DNA of 63,574 bases, the filler included, from Squatina squatina (lineage: Eukaryota): assembly GCA_031763465.1 (NCBI GenBank). It is 4 parts of 4 records of this genome, joined end to end, with 100 filler letters (N's around TTAATTAATTAA, not from the genome) between each part and the next. Parts side by side here need not be neighbours in the genome. Positions count along the whole stretch, not along the records: positions 49,666 to 63,574 come from JARFOE010000100.1; 3 more parts are not named here. One strand, 5' to 3'. Of this stretch, positions 55,074-63,574 are shown in pieces. The notes beneath the pieces are model-generated. The model was not told the DNA's origin. It saw only the letters and a program-made list of their open reading frames with translations, and did no database searches. A program made the translations under genes and the position numbers. Position 1 is the stretch's first letter; each line of letters begins with the position of its first letter.

Positions 55074-55248
55074 ATTAAGGCAATGTTACCTGAGAAGAAT
55101 ATTAAATTTACCAAGTCTGAAGAAAGTGTGCCAACAGATCAAGAGGGGGATGACTTCTTGAAGATCCAGTGCTGCTACACCATCTTTCCCAAAGTCTCAC
55201 TGCTCCTTCAGAATGGACAGGCCTTAGTCACCTTTGAAGAAGAACAAG
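55074..55248 (+). CDS. NMI: Exon of N-myc-interactor (NMI / IFI35 family), start of the NID region
   Basis: Acceptor ttttgtgtacAG, donor AAG|GTAATA, 175 nt, phase 0-1. Encodes IKAMLPEKNIKFTKSEESVPTDQEGDDFLKIQCCYTIFPKVSLLLQNGQALVTFEEEQ, which aligns by eye to human NMI IKEDIPETKMKF...ISCSFQVSSKVPYEIQKGQALITFEKEE. Confidence 0.82.
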
Positions 55249-58199
55249 GTAATACAGCTTTTCCTTAAAGTAAAAACAGGAAATCCTGGAAATCTGCAGT
55301 TGGCCTGTCACTATTTCTAGCAAATAGGCAAGCACGTTCTGAAGGAACATGGGCACCATTTTATTTTGTGGAGAAATGCAAATAATTTTAAAATGGGGTT
55401 GCTGCATCTTCGTACTCAAACTTGCCTTTCTGTGTTTCTTTGCTTTTTCTTGCTGCTTATTGATGTTTTTTTGAGCCTGCCCAGTCACAATACTGTATTA
55501 TACACTTTGTTTCTGGCTCCCAACTTTTTCCCTTTTTTTTGAAGATGATTTAAAATAAAACAAAACATTAAATCAGTACAGATTCCTGTTGAAAGTGGCA
55601 GCAACTCTCTTCCCCCTAGCCTGACTTAAGAACCTGTTTCCATGTTGATCCCCAAATTAATACTTGGCACTTGGCCCCCTGAAAATCCAAGGCCGTTCTG
55701 GCCTACCACTGTCGCAATTTTGAAGGAGGTCCTCTGAGATGGCTAGAAACTGGGCCTGGACCTTGATGTGCCAGGTTTCGGCCTTGCTTTGGAAACATCT
55801 GAGAGAGCCTGTTGGCGGCACAGCCTCTGCACACCCCAAACGTGGCCATCATCGAAGGGGAGTGGCAGGGCTTGGGCAGGGACTTGTTGTCACATATTGT
55901 GCCCAGGACCTTCTGAGTGACTCAGCGTATGGTTGGTAGAAACTAACATCGTTGTCCACTTGTCCAGGGTGGGATCAAAAAATAAAAGAACAGATTTTTT
56001 TTTTTTTAATGTTAAAACGTTCCCTCCTCCAGGCCTGAGGGGCCATGGCAACATTCTTCTGGGGTGGGGCGATATTCCCCCAGCTGTGTGATCTTTGGCC
56101 ATTCTTTTTGACCGCTTTATTGGGCGGTCATCCTAGATGTTCCCCTAATGTCAAGGGCACCCTCAAGTGGAAACCCTCCCTTGGCTGCAGTATGCCCCCG
56201 AGGGTCAGAGGTGAAAGTTCTTTGTGGGTATAATTCCTGGTACCACTGGGATTTTTGATATCTAAGTTTTCCCCTTTCCTTGACCAACCTTCAAGCTCTG
56301 TTTNNNNNNNNNNNNNNNNNNNNNNNNNNNNNNNNNNNNNNNNNNNNNNNNNNNNNNNNNNNNNNNNNNNNNNNNNNNNNNNNNNNNNNNNNNNNNNNNN
56401 NNNAAGGCACCGTCTGGACACTGGCCTTGGAAAATCGTCCCTTATTAATAATAATAGATAGCAGAGACTGATGATCTTTAATCTTTGAACTGAATCAGTA
56501 AACCACTTAATCGTTGACCTTACAGTTTAGGATATCATCTTATAATCTGTATTGGCTATCCATGAGTCTAAAAATCTAAAAATTTTATATCTTCAAATAA
56601 TTACGCAAAAATGATACTTTAGAAATACTAATGCAACGCAGCCCCAAAGCAGGAATTGTGAGGGTATTAGCTACAAACTCATATAGACAACACAAAGGGA
56701 AATCTCAGCAATCTCAGGACACCCATGTAGCAAACCTGAAAAGATAATTTTTTTTTCATGCGCTTAGCAGTGTAAAGCTAAATATATATTTTCAGTCAAA
56801 AACTCTTAACTTCGCCTTAAGTGCTTTGTCCTTATACATATAAAAAAAAGAGCCCAGTATATTGAAATGGGTTTGTAATCTGTCTATTCTTTGTGCCTTT
56901 AATGCCTTATTCCTTGGCAATGTGCTGATACTGGCAGCCAAAAAATGAATTAATAGCCATTAGCTGCTACTTGTAGCATCTTGTCTTGACAGTTTGACTG
57001 TCTTGTACCTGATATACTGGCATAAGGTGGTATCAGCCTATCTCTCAATGAAATAGAGAGTCATTGGCTGTCACCCAGCTGTCACTCAGTTGACTCCTAA
57101 TGTACTTTATCATTGGCAATGCAGTCATGGGCTTCACATAATGGGCTATTTTATTTCATATAGATAATATATTCCATAGCAATTATAATGTAGCTCTCTG
57201 GAGCCAAGCATATTTTTGGCATAATAATAAGACTCATGGGGGGNNNNNNNNNNNNNNNNNNNNNNNNNNNNNNNNNNNNNNNNNNNNNNNNNNNNNNNNN
57301 NNNNNNNNNNNNNNNNNNNNNNNNNNNNNNNNNNNNNNNNNNNCATGTATCAAGCTTTGAACATCATTTTGCAACTCAATAATGCCTGGCCCCTCTCATT
57401 TACCTCTTTCAAGTAAAAGCAGACTGTGCAACAATGGTAGATCTCTTTTTTTATAAATGTCATCTGCTCCTACAGTTATTTCATCTTCGTCCCCACAGCC
57501 ATAACTGTCATTTATTCTGAAAATTCAAATGATTTAAGAAGTGAACTGGATTGAATTAGTGTTAAAGTACTTAAGGGACTGGTCATGGTGGGGAAAGAAT
57601 AATAAACGTAGAATGGCGGCCATTACATTAAACAAAACAGTCGAGCCGGCCAATTCAAATATATCTCCCAAATCAAAGCTTTTAATGCACAAACAGGCTA
57701 TGCTTCTCATATAAATACAGGCCAGATGTGATAAATTGTTTTAGAATAATGAAGGTGCATATTAATCTGATTTTACGTAGTCGGGGGAAAAAAATCTGCT
57801 TGTAATTCTTTCGTGTTGAAATTTGTAACTATACGTCAACTCGTTTATGTGCTGTTCGTCATATTTCTATACTAATTGAATCCAGCTTTTGCACCATAAA
57901 GTGCCCTTAACATTCTACTGAGGTAATAACCAACAGCTGCATGGGGCCTTGAAGTGTTTCCTGTATTCTCTTTCTTCCTCGATTTTTCTGATAATGGCAA
58001 ACAAATGGCGCAAACTACCAGGTGGCACCATAGGCCCTCGGGTTGAACATTTTTTTAAAATCTTCATTGACACGGGGAAAGGAAATGCTTTNNNNNNNNN
58101 NNNNNNNNNNNNNNNNNNNNNNNNNNNNNNNNNNNNNNNNNNNNNNNNNNNNNNNNNNNNNNNNNNNNNNNNNNNNNNNNNNNNNNNNNNNAGCTCCCT

Positions 58200-58560
58200 C
58201 TTGAAGGTGTGCAGTGAGTCAGCATCCCCCCGCACTGTAGGAGGATGGAATGGTTAACGGTGTTCAAGGCAGTGGAAAGATCAAGGAGGATGCAGTGAGA
58301 CAGCGAACCATAGTCATAGGATGCTATTTGTTGCTTTGACTTGGACAGTCACTGTGCTGTAAACGGGGCAGAAGCTATTTTAGGGGCTCTCATGGAGGCA
58401 ACGATATATTGCCGGATTTTAGAGATAACATTCAAGTTAAGTGCAAATTGGAGAGAAAGGGTGGTGTTTATTTTGAAGAATGAGGTGATCACACTGGTTT
58501 TGAAGGTGGTCGGGACAGTGCCAGAGAAGGGGGTCCAAGCTGATAGCATGGTTCAGTACT
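58200..58560 (-). mobile_element. Decayed L2-type RT fragment
   Basis: SGTVPTTFKTSVITSFFK resembles L2 GTVP..FK.A.ITPLLKK. Confidence 0.55.
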
Positions 58561-60989
58561 GCACTGTGAAGTGCATTTATCTGGTGAATCTCTGGGAGAC
58601 ACCCTTCCGTACTGTTGATTATGTTGAAGCAAACTTACATTATATTTAATTTGCTGGACATAAGGAGAGAATTGCTTTCTAATTCCTCTGTGGAGTTACC
58701 TTCACTGTGATGTCCCAAAAGGGAAATTTTATCATTTAAAACATGCTCTTTCAATCTTGATATTTATATAATAAATAATTAGAAAGTTGCACTGGCCCAG
58801 TGCCCATCATAACCTATGGAGTGATTTATGATGCCGTATAAATAAATATCCTTGGAATGAATGAATATATTGTCATTGTTAATTCTGGAACACATACAGT
58901 ATCTCTTGTTCTCTGTTGTTAATGAGTCCCAAAAGTTCATGTGTAGCAGCATTCACTTGGCAGACCTAGAGAGTAACTCTTGTCATGCGTGTGCATGATT
59001 GACATAGGGGAGTAGGGCACAGAAAACCCTAGGAGTATTCTCTGTGCTAACACAGCATCAGGACCGCACAAGCTGGCTTTTTACAAGTTGGCTCCAATAC
59101 TGTGCTGATGAGAATGGGGCCTTCCTACCCTTCATATTGCATGGTATGCCCCAAAGAAGTGATGTCAGTGCTCTAGGTAAGTCAAATCCTGGCACATTTT
59201 GAACCTACCTTGTTGGTTTTTGAGAATTTTGAGAATGAAAGGGTTTTCTTACAGATGCGTTGACCTGTTTTACGGAGTCGCTGTGAGTTTAAAAATATAT
59301 ATATTTTTGTGCTGTTTGCATCGCATTCAATTTAATTAAGTTGCAATTAAAATCCTGATGTAATCTTTGAATATTTTTGGTTCCTTCATTTTTTTTCCCT
59401 ATTTGATTCTACCTAACTATCTTAAATCGGTAGGAAGGACATTCCCTGTGGAATTTCTCTTGCTCTTAGGGAGTTGGAAGATGAGGAAGAGTTCCAGAGG
59501 AATGTAAAGAGGCAAGCCCAACTATATCTGAGGCTCTGCTCAATCCATTGCTATCCAAGCAGGTCAATCAAAAGCACCTGCCACGGAGCTTTGGGTATGT
59601 TTGAGGAGATCTTTCTANNNNNNNNNNNNNNNNNNNNNNNNNNNNNNNNNNNNNNNNNNNNNNNNNNNNNNNNNNNNNNNNNNNNNNNNNNNNNNNNNNN
59701 NNNNNNNNNNNNNNNNNTGGAACTTGAAAGTTCTTAAACCAATTGCTTAGCCAATGAATCATTCCCCAAGAACCTATACCGTACATTTCTTCTCTTATAC
59801 ATCCTGCTGTATTGAAAGCTATAGTTCAGAAATCACACATGTAAAGAAGCATTTTTTTGTACTGAATGTAATGAAAACATTTTAAAATTTAAATCACAAG
59901 AGATTTTCATGGCAAAAAAATTGCTCAATGAAAAATATGCTTAATTTTCTTTTCTCCCTTATCAACCTGAGTTGCAAATGGGTTCACAATGGAAATATGT
60001 TGAGACACGCATGGTTAAGCAACAAGCTGTGCATATCCCACATAACTGGAATGTATGGTTCAGTTTGTGAATACCAGTGCCCGGACTTTAGCAATACTGT
60101 AACCACGGGATGGCATTTTCATTACACTGGAATGTGTTCTGTTTAACTGTAAAATCTTTTGTGTTTAAGCACAAGACATTTGTGCACATGTTGTCATTAT
60201 TGAATTCTGTTACAAGACATCTGCCAGAGTGAAACCCTAGAGTTAATTAAACTTTCTCATGCTGAAGTAATACAGCATCATGCTTTAACCCTGTGAGTGC
60301 TGAACGTATTGTAGCTTGGAAAAGCTGTTTGGTTTCAATCCTCCTACTACCNNNNNNNNNNNNNNNNNNNNNNNNNNNNNNNNNNNNNNNNNNNNNNNNN
60401 NNNNNNNNNNNNNNNNNNNNNNNNNNNNNNNNNNNNNNNNNNNNNNNNNNNNNNNNNNNNNNNNNNNNNNNNNNNNNNNNNNNNNNNNNNNNNNNNNNNN
60501 NNNNNNNNNNNNNNNNNNNNNNNNNNNNNNNNNNNNNNNNNNNNNNNNNNNNNNNNNNNNNNNNNNNNNNNNNNNNNNNNNNNNNNNNNNNNNNNNNNNN
60601 NNNNNNNNNNNNNNNNNNNNNNNNNNNNNNNNNNNNNNNNNNNNNNNNNNNNNNNNNNNNNNNNNNNNNNNNNNNNNNNNNNNNNNNNNNNNNNNNTCCC
60701 CTGTTTCTGACTGTAAGGGACCTACATTTGTCTTCACTAATCTTTTTCTTTTCACATATTTGTAGAAGCTTTTGCAGTCTGCTTTTATGTTCCTTGCAAG
60801 TTTACTCTCATTCTATTTTTCCCCTCTTAATCAATCTCTGATCACCTCCTGTGAAGCGCATTGAGACGTTTTATTACGTTAAAAGTGCTCTATAATGGCA
60901 AGTTGTTAAACTGCAACAGTTAAAAAATTAAATAGGTAGGCACTAACCCATTATTGTGGTGTATCATGCAGCAAAATCATTGTATGTGA

Positions 60990-61157
<168 letters not shown>

Positions 61158-61719
61158 TGATTATATTTCCAAATTTCACCTGTTGACTTCTCAGCCACAT
61201 AGAAGAAACCATTTTGGTGAGATTGTAGCTGATTGAGAATAGCTGCATTTAAAGAATGAAATATAATAAGGATAAAAAACAGGCATCGATTTTAGTGGGG
61301 AAAGAGGTGGTTGGAAATTTATCTGCTGTTGTAGAAATCAGGCCGGATTATTTTCACTCCTGGGGCTCATTAATACGCTGCCAATCCACTTCCTGCCCAG
61401 AATGGGCAAGAGGTAAATGGGAAACGGCTTCCAGCTTATGGAAAATCGGCTGGCTCACTGCCGCCTGCCGGCATGCAGGTAAGAACAGAAAAGGTCTCGC
61501 GGGAGGGAAACTAGGATTCAGGACAGAGGAGGCCTAAACTTTCCTGTAGGGCCAGAGGAGCGCTCCTTTTCCTGTACCCACGAAGGTTTCCTCAATGAAC
61601 AACGCAGTGTCTGAACCAGGAAGTGTCAGTTAGAATATTTAATTAAATGACAAATCAGGGACAGAAAGTGAAATAAAGAGATAAAAAGAAAGGATGGATT
61701 ACAAGAGAGAGAGATAAAT

Positions 61720-62210
61720 CGGGCAGAAAGAGCTTGGGCACAGAGCTTGAAGACTGAGCTGGGTGAATCGTAATTGGAGCGGATCGCAAACATAGAATTT
61801 GGTAATAGTCGGAATTCGGTAGAGAAGAGGAAGGCGGTTTCTCGCACCCAATTCAAAAGGCGTGGAGCCGCAGAACCAAAGGATTCTAAGATAAGTTTCT
61901 ATAGGTTAAGTGCCTATACATCTAATATTTAGGTTCTTTGTGTTCAGTGATCTCAGTGGTTCTTGTAAGTTTGAGTAAATAATTAGTCTTTGGTTAGTTC
62001 GCTTTGAGGAGTGAATATAAAAATAGCAGTGTAGTTTAGACCTAGTTAGCAGCAATTATATAAATAATTACCTTATATCCAAGGAGTTTATTTTATGTTT
62101 ATAATTAGAATAGAGGGACAGCTGCGACCTGTATCCTTCAATTCCTGCACCACGTCCGAAATTCAGGACACTTCACATGTCCCAGATGCCCATGTATGCA
62201 AGATGCAGTA
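61720..62210 (+). mobile_element. Probable CR1 5' UTR and ORF1 start (zinc-finger remnant)
   Basis: About 62110-62210 reads EGQLRPVSFNSCTTSEIQDTSHVPDAHVCKMQ, like the CR1 ORF1 N-terminal Cys knuckle, and follows a CpG-containing purine-rich leader. Confidence 0.5.
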
Positions 62211-62799
62211 AGTTATTGCCCTGTTGTCCTGCGACCACTGCAGTGAATGCGCGGTTTGAAGTAAATGTGGCCCAAAGGACATGGAGATATAACCGGCCAG
62301 CTGTAAATAATTACTAAAATACCATGCTGTAATTCCTTTTACAGCCTTATGTCAGTACTGGATGACAGAGTGTGATTAGCTGGAGCACCACGGGCTTTGC
62401 ATCTGTAGAGGGGCCTCCAATATAAGATTGAGTCAAATAATGCAGTTAGTTTATTACTTCTGGACTTCTTTCATTCAAGAATCCACGTTCTTTAAAGTAA
62501 AAGTTGAAACAATTTATTTTTATCCTGTAGGCGCCAATTACTGTGCAAAAATTAGAAAAAGCTGGATCGTGATATTTAACTCTCAGACAATATGCTGTGG
62601 CTTAAATTTCTGAGATCTATCATGTGAGTAATTAAATTGCTAGAACAAGGAGATTCAGATCCAGATGACACTATTATTGATACCTGCACATGCGGCAGCC
62701 CATGAGCAAAATAAACCCACAAAATTTCAGCCAACATCCTCGACTATTGTAAAGTTGAAGTTTGACATTACACAGTCCTGACGTGCTTTCATCTACTTG

Positions 62800-62915
62800 T
62801 TGTGAGGGCTATGCAGAAAGAGCAGGGGAGTGGGGCTAATTGGACAGCTTTATCAAAGAACCGGCACAGCCGTGATGGGCTGAATGGTCTCCCTATGTGC
62901 TATATGATTCTCTGT
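62800..62915 (+). mobile_element. CR1-like LINE 3' tail
   Basis: ggggagtggggctaattggacagctttatcaaagaaccggcacag...gatgggctgaatggtctcc...tatgattctct. Confidence 0.7.
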
Positions 62916-63574
62916 TGGCTGGTGCGGCAAATACATCTCTTTGTCCTTCAACCATGTATTCCTAGTAGATGTTTCTCTGCTCTTGCTCCTGTGTGGTGAT
63001 ATTTAAATAGGAATTCACTCTCTCAATTTCACTCTGGCTCCGCTTAAACCTGTTTACAATGAATGGGTATGCACCCTCCTCTAAAATAGTGGACCGAGGA
63101 ATGAAATGCAAATGTGTTAAGCGTTTGCTAATTTTTCCGACAGTAATTTCTAGCCTTTTGTGCCTGTGTATCTGTTTTCTATGATGGTCTGATCGTATAT
63201 TTGTAAACTGTAATGGAGCCCCGAATATTGCGCACAACACCGTGGACCAATTAGAACATTACACAATCGTCAACCTATTTTGGGTGCCATGACAGGTCCA
63301 AGTCCACACTTTGTTAATCCTCCTCCCTGTGTCCTTTACCCACTCTGCTTTGCCCAGGCCCCAGGATCAGAATCTGCAGCCCACTCCTTCTCAGCCTCCC
63401 CTTGCTTCCTCCCAACCTCAAACTCCACCCAACCCCAGGCCCCATCTATTCTTCCAGCTCCAGTATATGGTTGACCTGCCTCAGGAGGAGCCAATCAGCC
63501 TTAGGCCCTGCTTCCTTCTTTTATGACACCACCCTGTTAACACTTTGCTCCATTGCATCTCCATCTTCATCCTT

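Noticed and set aside
57915-58090. Minus-strand ORF containing RKIEEEREYRKHFK
   Set aside because: It is a purine-rich stretch open in several frames, with no convincing donor or recognisable homology.

Overview
This is AT-rich vertebrate genomic DNA, almost certainly from a cartilaginous fish (shark or ray), judged from its repeat families: CR1/HER1-type LINE tails, Deu-domain SacSINE1-like SINEs, Penelope and Harbinger relics. It is not one continuous locus. It is a fragmented draft assembly of 1-4 kb contigs joined by about 30 fixed 100-N gaps, a few 10-N gaps and a few sized gaps. Three artificial 44N-TTAATTAATTAA-44N linkers split it into four independent pieces (1-13553, 13654-33549, 33650-49565, 49666-63574). 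Recognisable coding sequence: the large terminal coding exon of INKA2 (FAM212B; 34761-35819, interrupted by a gap), two to three exons of a PARP14/15-type macrodomain (51530-52948), one exon of NMI (55074-55248) and one exon of a Golgi class I alpha-1,2-mannosidase (61035-61128). The rest is intronic or intergenic DNA with decayed transposons, several unidentified candidate exons and some CNE-like stretches. Most ORFs in the supplied track are spurious or span gaps. I found no convincing new biological system. The best lead is the macrodomain-NMI juxtaposition, but splice phase and gap structure argue that it may be an assembly artefact.
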